From an uncultured Candidatus Saccharibacteria bacterium (GTDB lineage: Bacteria; Patescibacteriota; Minisyncoccia; Phycocordibacterales; CSBR16-119): a stretch of 64,000 nucleotides of DNA. How positions within the stretch are numbered: position 1 is the first letter of the stretch; each line of letters opens with the position of its first letter. Below the pieces are notes generated by a model, which saw only the letters and a program-made list of their open reading frames with translations, made no database searches and was not told the DNA's origin. The stretch covers positions 85,560-149,559 of the forward strand of contig CAZLAD010000002.1 of NCBI GenBank assembly GCA_964557535.1. Direction: 5' to 3'. Shown piece by piece: positions 10,724 to 19,552 of the stretch. The translations under genes were made by a program, and so were the position numbers.

Positions 10724-11788
10724 TTATAACAATGCTTCAAAACTTTTTTTGTTGAACGCATGATAACGTGCGTCTTCGACACTAATTTCACCCCGACGAA
10801 CCAAATCAAGAAGTGAGTGATTCATATCAATCATGCCCTGTTGAGAACTGGTCTCGATAATCAAATCTATCTCATGAGTACGATTTTCACGGATAAGATT
10901 TGCTACGGCTTTGTTGTTGATCAAAAGTTCGTAAGCCGGCACAAGTCCGCCGTTGATACGAGGGATAAGCCTCTGAGAGAAAATTCCTGCCAAAGAATTC
11001 GCAAGTTGTGACCTAGCTTGGTCTTGTTGTTCTGCAGGAAAAGAGTCGATGATACGATCGATTGTCTGTGAAGCGTTGTTGGTGTGAAGCGTTGAAATAA
11101 CCAAATGACCTGTTTCGGCGGCAGTTACGGCCGCAGAAATAGTGTCGCGACTACGCATTTCGCCAATCATCAAAACATTTGCATCCTGGCGAAACGCGGA
11201 TTTCAAGGCTGTGGCAAAAGTTTGGGTGTCGATTCCGACTTCTCGCTGATCGATGATGGATTTTTTGGATTCAAACAAATATTCGATTGGTTCTTCGATA
11301 GTGATGATGTGCTCAGATCGTTCGTTGTTGATGAGATCTATTATCGAAGCCATTGTGGTCGATTTACCCTGTCCGACTGGACCAACAATCAGGAAAAATC
11401 CTTGTTTTATTCTGGCAAATTCTGCCAAGGACGGCGGAAGTCCGAGTTCGGCAAAAGTTTTGACCTGTGGGATAAGTCGAAGAGCGATTCCGATTTTACC
11501 TTTTTGAAAATACGCATTTCCGCGCAGACGATTTGTTTTTTGGTAATTGTAAGCGAAATCAATTTCCTGATTTACTAAAAATTCCTGAAATTTTTTATCA
11601 TCGCCAATCATGTGTTTTATCATGGCGATGACCTCTTCTTGCCCAAGAGGTTCTTGGTTGACCATCGGCACTAACTGAGTCGCGACTCTGATGTTCGGTA
11701 CTCTATCGGTTGCCAAATGCAAATCAGAACCGTTGGCAACAACGACCTGTTCGATTAAATTTTGTAATTTTTGAACTGCTGAATCCAT
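10724..11788 (-). CDS. pilT: Pilus retraction ATPase
   Basis: SDLHL, GPVGQGKST, GEMR, AAETGHLV, AVANLIRE. Confidence 0.95.
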   Translation of the reverse strand: MDSAVQKLQNLIEQVVVANGSDLHLATDRVPNIRVATQLVPMVNQEPLGQEEVIAMIKHMIGDDKKFQEFLVNQEIDFAYNYQKTNRLRGNAYFQKGKIGIALRLIPQVKTFAELGLPPSLAEFARIKQGFFLIVGPVGQGKSTTMASIIDLINNERSEHIITIEEPIEYLFESKKSIIDQREVGIDTQTFATALKSAFRQDANVLMIGEMRSRDTISAAVTAAETGHLVISTLHTNNASQTIDRIIDSFPAEQQDQARSQLANSLAGIFSQRLIPRINGGLVPAYELLINNKAVANLIRENRTHEIDLIIETSSQQGMIDMNHSLLDLVRRGEISVEDARYHAFNKKSFEALL

Positions 11789-11855
11789 CCCGTTAGAGAT
11801 AGCAAACTTTCGTTTGCGTATCTAATTTATTATTTTGTAAATAATCGACGACCAT
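11789..11855. mobile_element. Partial CCCGTTAGAGAT MITE-like element abutting the pilT start codon
   Basis: About 65 nt similar to 15768-15836. Confidence 0.7.
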
Positions 11856-11869
11856 CTGATTTAATCTAA

Positions 11870-13618
11870 TTAAAACTTATAAACTTCAGTTATCGGAATT
11901 TGGCCGTTTACAGCCTTGATCAAAGCATCTTCTTTCATCGTAAGCATTCCCTTTGATCTAACAACGGCGTGAATGTCGAGCTCTGTCGGTGATTTCAATA
12001 TTGCCGACTCAACGTCTTTGTCTACTTCAAACATTTCAAAAATCGCCATACGTCCTCTTGTTCCCGAAGGACAGGTTGCTGAAGGCACTGTCTTAATCAT
12101 TTTATCACCTATTTTTATTTTTGCTCTATGTTCTGCTGGAAAATCAGCAAATTCTTTGTTGATAATTGCAGAAATAGATTCATCCATAGGCACTTCTTCG
12201 CGTGCATCTTCGCAGGTCTTCTTTGCAAGTCTCTGAGCAATCGCGAGTACAAGTGTCGGTGCAATCAAAAATGGATCAACACCCATGTCGATAAGACGTG
12301 GGATTGCTCCAGCTGAGTTGTTGGTGTGGAGCGTCGATAATACCAAGTGACCGGTCAATGCCGCTTGTATGGCAAGTGAGGCCGTTTCCTTGTCGCGAAT
12401 TTCTCCAACAAGAATAACGTCCGGATCTTGGCGCAAAATTGAACGAAGTCCCGAGGCAAAAGTATACCCGATTTCCGGCATAACCTGAGACTGACTAACG
12501 CCGTCGACATGATATTCGACTGGATCTTCAAGGGAGACGACGTTTTTGGATTCGCGATCGATTTCGTTTAGCATGGCGTATAGGGTCGTAGTTTTACCGG
12601 AACCTGTCGGACCCGTAATCAAAACAATTCCGTAAGGCACTTCTAGTGCGCGCTTCACCATCTCTAGATGTTCTGAAGTCATATCGAGATCTTCCAGACT
12701 TTTTACGCCCTTTTCTGCATCCAAAATTCGCATAACGACTTTTTCTCCATAATACGCAGGGAAAGTCGAAACACGTAAATCAATTTTGCGTCCATCAATT
12801 TTTGCCGTGAATCCACCGTCTTGGGGTTTGCGTTTTTCGTCGAGACGGAGTTTGGATAGTATTTTTATACGCGCGACAACCCCAGAATAGACATTTAGGG
12901 GGAGAGTGAGCGAGGTGTGCAATTCCCCATCAACACGAAAACGGACTTTGACTTCTTTGCCGGTATTTTCGATATGAATATCAGAAGCCATTCCTTCGAC
13001 AGCGTGGCGTAAAATGACGGCGACGACTTTGATGATAGGTGCTTCTTCGACAATCTTTCTCTCGTCGACTTCCTCGGCTTCGGTCTCAGAAATTCTCGAA
13101 CCCTTGGCATTCTTTTGATCTCTCATTTGGGCTTCGGCTTGAGACAACTCGGTATCAAGATCCGAAAGGGCCTGATCAACCTCTCCGGTCATTCCTCGAT
13201 AGCTATCCAAAACAGCGTCATAGGTCTTTTTGGTTATAACAAAAAGTTTATATGGGAGTTCATTTCTAGAAGAAATAAATTGTAAAGCATCAAGCGAATC
13301 GGTTCTGGCGGGATTGACGATTCCCACTTCCAAAACTTTATCTTTGAGTCCAACCGGCACGAACCCATACTGACGAGCTGAATCTTCGGATAGATACTCC
13401 AAAACCCTAGGGTCAAGTTCTTTTTGAGTAACAGACTTTGAAGGAATGCCAAAGAACTGGCTCTTGAAAGCAAGTAGTGCTTCATCATCGATATCTGTTT
13501 CTTTGGCCAAAGCCTCATCGACGTCACCGTTGTATTTTTTTTGAGCAGCTGTGGAAACCCGTGCCAACAACTCTGGCGTCAAAAGACCTTGTTTGACGAG
13601 TCCCTCAAGAAAACTCAT
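11870..13618 (-). CDS. pilB: Pilus assembly ATPase (PilB/GspE)
   Basis: ASDIHIE, GPTGSGKTTTLY, LRQDPD, STLHTN. Confidence 0.95.
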   Translation of the reverse strand: MSFLEGLVKQGLLTPELLARVSTAAQKKYNGDVDEALAKETDIDDEALLAFKSQFFGIPSKSVTQKELDPRVLEYLSEDSARQYGFVPVGLKDKVLEVGIVNPARTDSLDALQFISSRNELPYKLFVITKKTYDAVLDSYRGMTGEVDQALSDLDTELSQAEAQMRDQKNAKGSRISETEAEEVDERKIVEEAPIIKVVAVILRHAVEGMASDIHIENTGKEVKVRFRVDGELHTSLTLPLNVYSGVVARIKILSKLRLDEKRKPQDGGFTAKIDGRKIDLRVSTFPAYYGEKVVMRILDAEKGVKSLEDLDMTSEHLEMVKRALEVPYGIVLITGPTGSGKTTTLYAMLNEIDRESKNVVSLEDPVEYHVDGVSQSQVMPEIGYTFASGLRSILRQDPDVILVGEIRDKETASLAIQAALTGHLVLSTLHTNNSAGAIPRLIDMGVDPFLIAPTLVLAIAQRLAKKTCEDAREEVPMDESISAIINKEFADFPAEHRAKIKIGDKMIKTVPSATCPSGTRGRMAIFEMFEVDKDVESAILKSPTELDIHAVVRSKGMLTMKEDALIKAVNGQIPITEVYKF

Positions 13619-13691
13619 ATTAAAAAGAGGTTAAATTTTCTAATATTCCATGAACAACGACTTTTGATTGTAAATTCTTTACTGACATAAT

Positions 13692-14423
13692 TTACATATT
13701 TCTTTGAATAAATTCACCAAAAGCGTTTTTGTCTTCACTTGAAATTGTTCCGCCAAGTACCTCAACTGTCACATTTTTCAAACAGGTTTTTGTTGACACA
13801 CCATACTGAAAAGCGCCAAACGAACCAGTAGTGCAAGAAGATTGTGGTCCACCATAAACAACCGACAAACCATTTGGTAACTTAAACGTATAACCAACTA
13901 TCGGCGGTGGTGTTACGCCCTGCGCGCTGTAATTTATAGTAGTCGGTGTCCAAGAACTAGGATAAAAAATATCGGTATTACCAAGTTTTACAGCACTCCA
14001 CGCCTCCGGACCAGGAGTAAATATGACATCTCCTCCAGACCCCAAACCAGTATCAGTATTGTCAGCTCCAAAAGGGGCAAATGGATTTGGACGACCTTCG
14101 TTGCCCGGCTGGACAAGCGTGATACTGAAATCTTGTAGTGACTGGAAAGCGAGTGAGGAAAAAATATCATCATTTAATTTAATAGCTTTTAGATTGATTA
14201 GCTGATTGACAAACTCTTGGCTAATCTTGTTGGCTTCTGCTCCTGTTAGGGGGTTTGGATTTACAATTGAACTAACTGGACTACTGCCGGCCGAGGTTTC
14301 GAGGGTGTTGTTTGGTGTCACCGTCTGAACATTTTTTGTTTTACCGAAAAATAGAAAATACGCCAGTCCCAACAGAGCCAAAATTATAACGAAGATTATT
14401 ATGTTTTTGATATTCTTACCCAT
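13692..14423 (-). CDS. Hypothetical membrane-anchored protein in the pilus operon
   Basis: N-terminal TM; GRPNPFAP motif; lies between pilO and pilB. Confidence 0.75.
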   Translation of the reverse strand: MGKNIKNIIIFVIILALLGLAYFLFFGKTKNVQTVTPNNTLETSAGSSPVSSIVNPNPLTGAEANKISQEFVNQLINLKAIKLNDDIFSSLAFQSLQDFSITLVQPGNEGRPNPFAPFGADNTDTGLGSGGDVIFTPGPEAWSAVKLGNTDIFYPSSWTPTTINYSAQGVTPPPIVGYTFKLPNGLSVVYGGPQSSCTTGSFGAFQYGVSTKTCLKNVTVEVLGGTISSEDKNAFGEFIQRNM

Positions 14424-14426
14424 TTT

Positions 14427-15068
14427 TTAATCCTTAAGACGATAAGTATTAATCTTGAACAAATATTTATATTGATCGGTATAAACTTTGTCCTTTTCAG
14501 AAGTTCCTGGGGTGAAAGTAATAGACTGAATATCGATCAGACGCAAACTTCTCTCCATCAGCCCCATAAAAGCCACGAAATCTTTGTATGAACCCTCGAC
14601 AGAAAATTGAAGTTCGAAAATATCGTAATCCAAGTTGTCTGTTGGCGATACGGCTGTTCGACGAACCGGCGTGGTCGCTGTAGTAGAAGTTGTTGAGGCG
14701 GTGTTTTCTGTTGATCCTTCTGGTTTTTCTTCTTCCTCTTCCACGAATTGCTTTGGCTCAAATTGGACGTTTCTGACAACGATGCCTTGGTTGGAGGCTT
14801 GTTCTTGGATCTCTAAAATAAGTTTGATGTTATCAACAGTGTCTGGTAACATTTTTTCTAATTTTGCCAAATCTTCTGGGGCAAAACTATTCAATTTGGT
14901 GGTCAAACGATCGCGTTCTTTTTGGAGGTTTGCAGAATTTTGTAGGGCTTGCTCGTAAGCCTCACTCTCCTTCTGGATAGTTTCGATTTCAGAATATATG
15001 GGTTTTGTAATAAGGATAAATCCCCCGATTCCAACCCCTATTAAAACTATTGGTAATAACCATTTCAT
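14427..15068 (-). CDS. pilO: PilO-like protein
   Basis: TM, coiled coil, MLPD, GSYKDF...LRLIDI; synteny. Confidence 0.8.
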   Translation of the reverse strand: MKWLLPIVLIGVGIGGFILITKPIYSEIETIQKESEAYEQALQNSANLQKERDRLTTKLNSFAPEDLAKLEKMLPDTVDNIKLILEIQEQASNQGIVVRNVQFEPKQFVEEEEEKPEGSTENTASTTSTTATTPVRRTAVSPTDNLDYDIFELQFSVEGSYKDFVAFMGLMERSLRLIDIQSITFTPGTSEKDKVYTDQYKYLFKINTYRLKD

Positions 15069-15071
15069 AAA

Positions 15072-15767
15072 TTAACTTTGATTAGGCATCACATTAGAAG
15101 CATCATCTGTTGGTAATGTTGGCGATACGGGCAATGTTTCGGGTATTATTTCTGGCTCGTTCAATGATTGCTGTCTTTCTAGGAAAGATTCATACACGAC
15201 CAGAGACTTGTCCACAGAAAAAGTTAGGTTGAAAGAAATGTTCCCGAACTGATCAAGTGTAAAACTAGAAAATATTGGATTTTTAATGAAATTATTTTGA
15301 GCAAAGAGATCCGACTGCAATGCAATATAATTATAACCTTTTGCTTGACCGTTTATCTTTATATTAACAAGATTTGGATTTTGTTTATTGAATTCATAAG
15401 AGAAATCAGAATAACGAACTGTCGGAAGAGTAATTTCACCCAAAAGAGAAAATATAGGTGAAACAGCAACATGATTATCTAAAATTATCGTAGACGCCTT
15501 CATGCGCTTATCTAGAAGTTGGAGTTTTGTTATAAGTGTTGGCTCAAAAGCCGCTTTCGCTCTGACCAAAGATTCTTTGTAGGACTCCAGAGTATTTAAA
15601 AGAGAAGAACGATAGAAATAAACCCCTCCGGCACCCAAAATTGAAGCGATAAAAATCAAAAGCGCCAAAAGATTTAATAGACCACCAAAACCACCCCCCG
15701 AACGCTTTGGTTCGCGCTCTGCTATCGTTTTTTTAGGTACAAAAGATGTTTGAAATTCTTTATCCAT
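15072..15767 (-). CDS. pilN: PilN-like protein
   Basis: TM plus coiled coil; lies between pilM and pilO. Confidence 0.7.
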   Translation of the reverse strand: MDKEFQTSFVPKKTIAEREPKRSGGGFGGLLNLLALLIFIASILGAGGVYFYRSSLLNTLESYKESLVRAKAAFEPTLITKLQLLDKRMKASTIILDNHVAVSPIFSLLGEITLPTVRYSDFSYEFNKQNPNLVNIKINGQAKGYNYIALQSDLFAQNNFIKNPIFSSFTLDQFGNISFNLTFSVDKSLVVYESFLERQQSLNEPEIIPETLPVSPTLPTDDASNVMPNQS

Positions 15768-15883
15768 CCCGTTAGAGATAGCAAATCTTTAGATTTGCGT
15801 ATCTTTTTTATTATTCTTTGAGTAATTCACGACCATATTTTTGTATCTTTTGTGATTAACTTTAACTATAACATCTCTAACGG
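15768..15883. mobile_element. 116-bp MITE-like element flanked by a TATCCAT direct repeat
   Basis: Ends CCCGTTAGAGAT / ATCTCTAACGG; TATCCAT at 15761-15767 and 15884-15890. Confidence 0.8.
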
Positions 15884-15896
15884 TATCCATAAAATT

Positions 15897-17036
15897 CTAT
15901 ACTAATTCTCTGAGTGCGAGTCCAGCTGCAACTCCAAACTCTGGACCAGATTCAGCTAAAATGTTTTCCAGAAACGCCGGTGCTTCGATCTGCGCAAATG
16001 AATTACCCATTGATACTTCTGTTCCGAATTTTTCCTTTGCTATCGGCAGAATACCTTTTAACAAAACTCCGCCACCAGTAAGTATAACTTTGTCGATGCT
16101 TTTATTATACTTCTTTTCATAATTCAACACCACATTACCTGCTTCAAAAAAAATATAATCAAGCGTCGATTGTATAACGGCAGACGCTTTAGGTTGTTTA
16201 GGATTATCATTTAATCCAAATTCTTTTTTCATATTTTCAGCATCATGAAAACTCAAACCCAAAGCCGTAACCATAGAGGCGGTGATATCGTGCGAGCCAC
16301 GATTAATTATGTGGAAGTCCTGAATAATGCCACGATCGACTATTGAAATCTTAGTTTTGGCTGCACCAATATCGAGTACCATCGATGTAGCGAGATCTCG
16401 TCCGAGACTTGAGCGCACAGAAGAAAACATTTCAATCTCAAAAAATTCCGTCGAGAGTTTGGCGTCAGCCACGAGACTTTTGTACTTATCGAGCGCTTCA
16501 TTGTGAATTGCGGCAACCAGTACTTTGGTTTTTTCTTGTTGCATATCGCCCGTGGTTGGTTTGTCTGAATCGTCTGTTAAATTATCGAGCGGACGTTTTG
16601 GCACAAGCCACCAATCAATAGACACTTCAGTGATTGGAACGGGAATGTAACGCCTGGCTTCGTTGTAAATAATCGAAGAAATATCTTTTTCATTTATATT
16701 TCCTGGAAGCTCCACTAGAAAAACAAGAGAGGCTGACGCGGGTATCGACATGGCGGAGTTATGAGTTGTTATATTTGCTTCCAGAAACAAATCATTCAGG
16801 GCTTTGACCAGCGCCTCTTCTGGGACAGATATTACTTGTCCGGCCTCGCCTTCTGCGTATGGGGCAACAGAAATAGAACCGTAAGTTTCCAAAACTGCTC
16901 TACCAGAAACTTTCTTGATCTGAACAACTTTTATAGCCGAAGCACCAACATCAATACCAATGACGCTTCCGCTGGAACCACTTTTTAAAACCCCAGAGAG
17001 TTTACCCAAGAGCCCTTTTAGCACTCCTTCTAACAT
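15897..17036 (-). CDS. pilM: Type IV pilus assembly protein PilM
   Basis: IGIDVG, EARRYIP, LDIGA, ILTGGG, GLALR. Confidence 0.95.
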   Translation of the reverse strand: MLEGVLKGLLGKLSGVLKSGSSGSVIGIDVGASAIKVVQIKKVSGRAVLETYGSISVAPYAEGEAGQVISVPEEALVKALNDLFLEANITTHNSAMSIPASASLVFLVELPGNINEKDISSIIYNEARRYIPVPITEVSIDWWLVPKRPLDNLTDDSDKPTTGDMQQEKTKVLVAAIHNEALDKYKSLVADAKLSTEFFEIEMFSSVRSSLGRDLATSMVLDIGAAKTKISIVDRGIIQDFHIINRGSHDITASMVTALGLSFHDAENMKKEFGLNDNPKQPKASAVIQSTLDYIFFEAGNVVLNYEKKYNKSIDKVILTGGGVLLKGILPIAKEKFGTEVSMGNSFAQIEAPAFLENILAESGPEFGVAAGLALRELV

Positions 17037-17093
17037 ATATAGTAAAATTGTATCACAATATAATGATTGATATGGTTAAATTTGTTGATAATT

Positions 17094-17741
17094 ATGAGGA
17101 GTTTGATTAAAAAATTCTTTGCTAGCCTCTTTCCCGCCAAATGCGTGGTCTGTCGATCTTTTGGAACATTTATTTGTGAAAAAGATTTACGACAAATTCC
17201 CTTGTGCGCCAGACCAGACAAGGATTGGATTATTTCTGTTTGGAGCTACAAAAGCCCAGTGATTAAAAAACTTCTCTGGATGCTTAAATTTGAAAACAAG
17301 TTTGCCGTCATCGATGATATCGGCCAAAGTCTTTACGATCACCTCTTTGATGAGCTCACCGAACGGAGTATTTTTGACAATACCCAATCCCCAATTCTCG
17401 TCCCCATTCCACTTTCAAAGAAAAGTTTGCGTCGTCGCGGATACAACCAGTCAGAAATAATCGCAAAAGACCTAAGCGTGCGAAGTCAGGATAGATTGGT
17501 TGTAGAAAATATTTTGAAAAAAATAAAAGAAACGCCGACACAACATTCGATAAAAAATCGCAGTGTTAGGTTGCGAAATCTTCAAAATTCTTTTGCGATT
17601 AAAGATGACGTGTCGTTAAAAGGTAAAAATATAATTCTCGTTGATGACATAACGACTACGCACGCAACGCTTGTCGAAGCCAGACGAACGCTCAAAAACG
17701 CCGGAGCACGGAGCGTGATTGGATTTACCGTGGCGCACTAA
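17094..17741 (+). CDS. comF: ComF family competence protein
   Basis: CxxC zinc ribbon, PIP..RRGYNQS, LVDDITTT PRTase motif. Confidence 0.92.
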   Translation: MRSLIKKFFASLFPAKCVVCRSFGTFICEKDLRQIPLCARPDKDWIISVWSYKSPVIKKLLWMLKFENKFAVIDDIGQSLYDHLFDELTERSIFDNTQSPILVPIPLSKKSLRRRGYNQSEIIAKDLSVRSQDRLVVENILKKIKETPTQHSIKNRSVRLRNLQNSFAIKDDVSLKGKNIILVDDITTTHATLVEARRTLKNAGARSVIGFTVAH

Positions 17742-17937
17742 TGGCGCTTTGTAGAACTTGAATTTTCTAACTCCAAAGAAGCGGGTTTTTGATGTTCTTG
17801 TACTTCCCGATCATCGATCTTCTATTTCTCACGAATATATTTTAGCATGTCTAAATAGTCGGTTTTTGTTTCGAATATCACCTGCTCGCGCGCCGACACC
17901 TCAATCAAATGACAAAAGTCATTTTCTTGAGTCATTG

Positions 17938-18024
17938 CGGAGACGAGAGGATTCGAACCTCCGAGGGCTTTTACACCCTACCTCGTTAGCAGTGAGGCGC
18001 TTTCGACCACTCAGCCACGTCTCC
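17938..18024 (-). tRNA. tRNA-Ser(GCT)
   Basis: Cloverleaf GGAGACG...CGTCTCC-G, anticodon loop CT-GCT-AA, long variable arm. Confidence 0.95.
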
Positions 18025-18073
18025 ATGAGGCTCACATTAACATAAAATATGTGTATAATAAACCCGCGTAAAT

Positions 18074-18156
18074 GGATGATTGGATGAGATGGGCAAGACA
18101 CAAACTGCTTTGTGTCGAGCCGGAGCCGAAAGCTCCGACCACGAATCCAATTGTCC
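18074..18156 (+). ncRNA. Candidate structured RNA upstream of tRNA-Ser(ACT)
   Basis: 12-bp closing stem GGATGATTGGAT/ATCCAATTGTCC enclosing two hairpins; TATAAT just upstream. Confidence 0.45.
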
Positions 18157-18182
18157 CGAAGGGCGACAACGCAAAGCATGTT

Positions 18183-18269
18183 GGAGGATTGGATGAGTGG
18201 TTTAAATCAGCGGTTTACTAAACCGCCGGCTGGTAAAACGGCCCGTGAGTTCGAATCTCACATCCTCCG
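18183..18269 (+). tRNA. tRNA-Ser(ACT)
   Basis: Acceptor GGAGGAT/ATCCTCC-G, anticodon stem GCGGT/ACCGC with loop TT-ACT-AA, long variable arm, TTCGAAT T-loop. Confidence 0.9.
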
Positions 18270-18335
18270 CAAATTTTCTAAAAAAGCAACCCCGGGCACT
18301 GTGGCCCGGGGTATGAGGAGGTTGACCCTCTCGGA

Positions 18336-18446
18336 TCAACTACCAATGGTTAAAATCATGCACAGACAGATGAGGAAGACTACCACGAAAAGTCTTGGTC
18401 TCGTGGTGATCTCATCAAACAGATGCCAGCTGTACTCGGTCTTCAT
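18336..18446 (-). CDS. Putative 36-aa membrane peptide
   Basis: MKTEYSWHLFDEITTRPRLFVVVFLICLCMILTIGS; promoter TTGACC-16-TATTAT upstream, hairpin at 18289-18313 downstream. Confidence 0.5.
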   Translation of the reverse strand: MKTEYSWHLFDEITTRPRLFVVVFLICLCMILTIGS

Positions 18447-18659
18447 GGTGGTGTGGTTTTCCTTCATAATACCCCAAAAGCAAATTTGGTCAAGATTTAC
18501 CCCCATTTTCCTCTCCCCTTACCCCCACACCCATATTTATGTTTTTTAGGATGTTGTACGTTAGTTATTCTCTGAATATAGGTTTGGACTTGCACTCTCT
18601 AGGGGGAAATAGTGTATAATTAAAGGCGTTAGTAATTTATCAATTTATTTAAGGAAATT

Positions 18660-18920
18660 ATGCCAGCAAAAAAAGCAAACTCTGCATTTATGAAGCCGAT
18701 GACAATCTCTGCTGAACTAGCAGAAGTTGTCGGAAAAGGCCCAATGCCTCGTTCCGAAGTCGTCAAAGCTCTCTGGGCTTACATCAAGAAGAACGATCTT
18801 CAAGATCCAAAGAACAAGAGAAATATCAACGCTGATGCCAAACTCCAAGCCGTATTCGGTGGAAAGAAAGTAGTCAACATGTTTGAGATGACAAAGCTTG
18901 TCTCAAAACACCTTTCTTAA
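18660..18920 (+). CDS. SWIB/MDM2 domain protein
   Basis: PRSEVVKALWAYIKKNDLQDPKNKRNINADAKL. Confidence 0.92.
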   Translation: MPAKKANSAFMKPMTISAELAEVVGKGPMPRSEVVKALWAYIKKNDLQDPKNKRNINADAKLQAVFGGKKVVNMFEMTKLVSKHLS

Positions 18921-18930
18921 TCTTCCGTAG

Positions 18931-18966
18931 CAATCAAAAAATCCCCGTGAGGGGATTTTTTGATTG
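18931..18966. terminator. Bidirectional intrinsic terminator
   Basis: AAAAAATCCCC-GTGA-GGGGATTTTTT between convergent genes. Confidence 0.85.
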
Positions 18967-18967
18967 C

Positions 18968-19474
18968 TTAGTTATTTCTTTGTTTATCACCAGGGACATC
19001 ACCTGTTCCAGATGAATAAAGTGTTTTATCTACAAACTTACCCTCTTTATCTCTTCCTATATATTTCCATTTTCCTAATGCTTCTTTATAAGCTTGTGCA
19101 ACTTTTGCACCCTCTGTTACAAGATAGTTTTCGTAAGCTTTTATCAAGGCTGGGTTTTCTTCCATTCTCTTTTCACCAAGCTTTGAATATTTTGCTGATA
19201 GTTGTTCTGGAGCCTGACCAAAAAATCCCATGATCTTACTTTTCAATGCTTCCATTTTGCCACCTTTCTCTGTCGCGGTTTCGGGTGTTTTATTTTCTAG
19301 TTGCCCCTTAGTTGCGTCTGCCCTGATTGCATCAGATGATTCACTGTCAATCATTCCTGTCTTTTCAGCATGTTCAACAGTCATTCCTGAGTCTACCCTC
19401 TCTTTAACGGCCTCATTAGATGTAAGTTCTTCTTTTCTGCCAGGCGCAACTTCTACTTTTGGTGCTTCTCTCAT
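18968..19474 (-). CDS. Hypothetical protein
   Basis: 168-aa charged ORF ending at the terminator. Confidence 0.7.
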   Translation of the reverse strand: MREAPKVEVAPGRKEELTSNEAVKERVDSGMTVEHAEKTGMIDSESSDAIRADATKGQLENKTPETATEKGGKMEALKSKIMGFFGQAPEQLSAKYSKLGEKRMEENPALIKAYENYLVTEGAKVAQAYKEALGKWKYIGRDKEGKFVDKTLYSSGTGDVPGDKQRNN

Positions 19475-19552
19475 AAAATTTAAAAATTAAATACTAATTT
19501 AGCGTCTTCTAAGAACTGGCTAAATTATACCAAAATCTCCAAAAGCTACAAA

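Noticed and set aside
18074-18156. Second hammerhead (GATGAG...CGAAA)
   Set aside because: The core reads TGGATGA rather than CTGATGA, and the stems do not fit hammerhead topology
17758-18549. ORFs 17758-18045, 17919-18179 and 18112-18549
   Set aside because: They overlap tRNA genes and structured RNA and show no protein features
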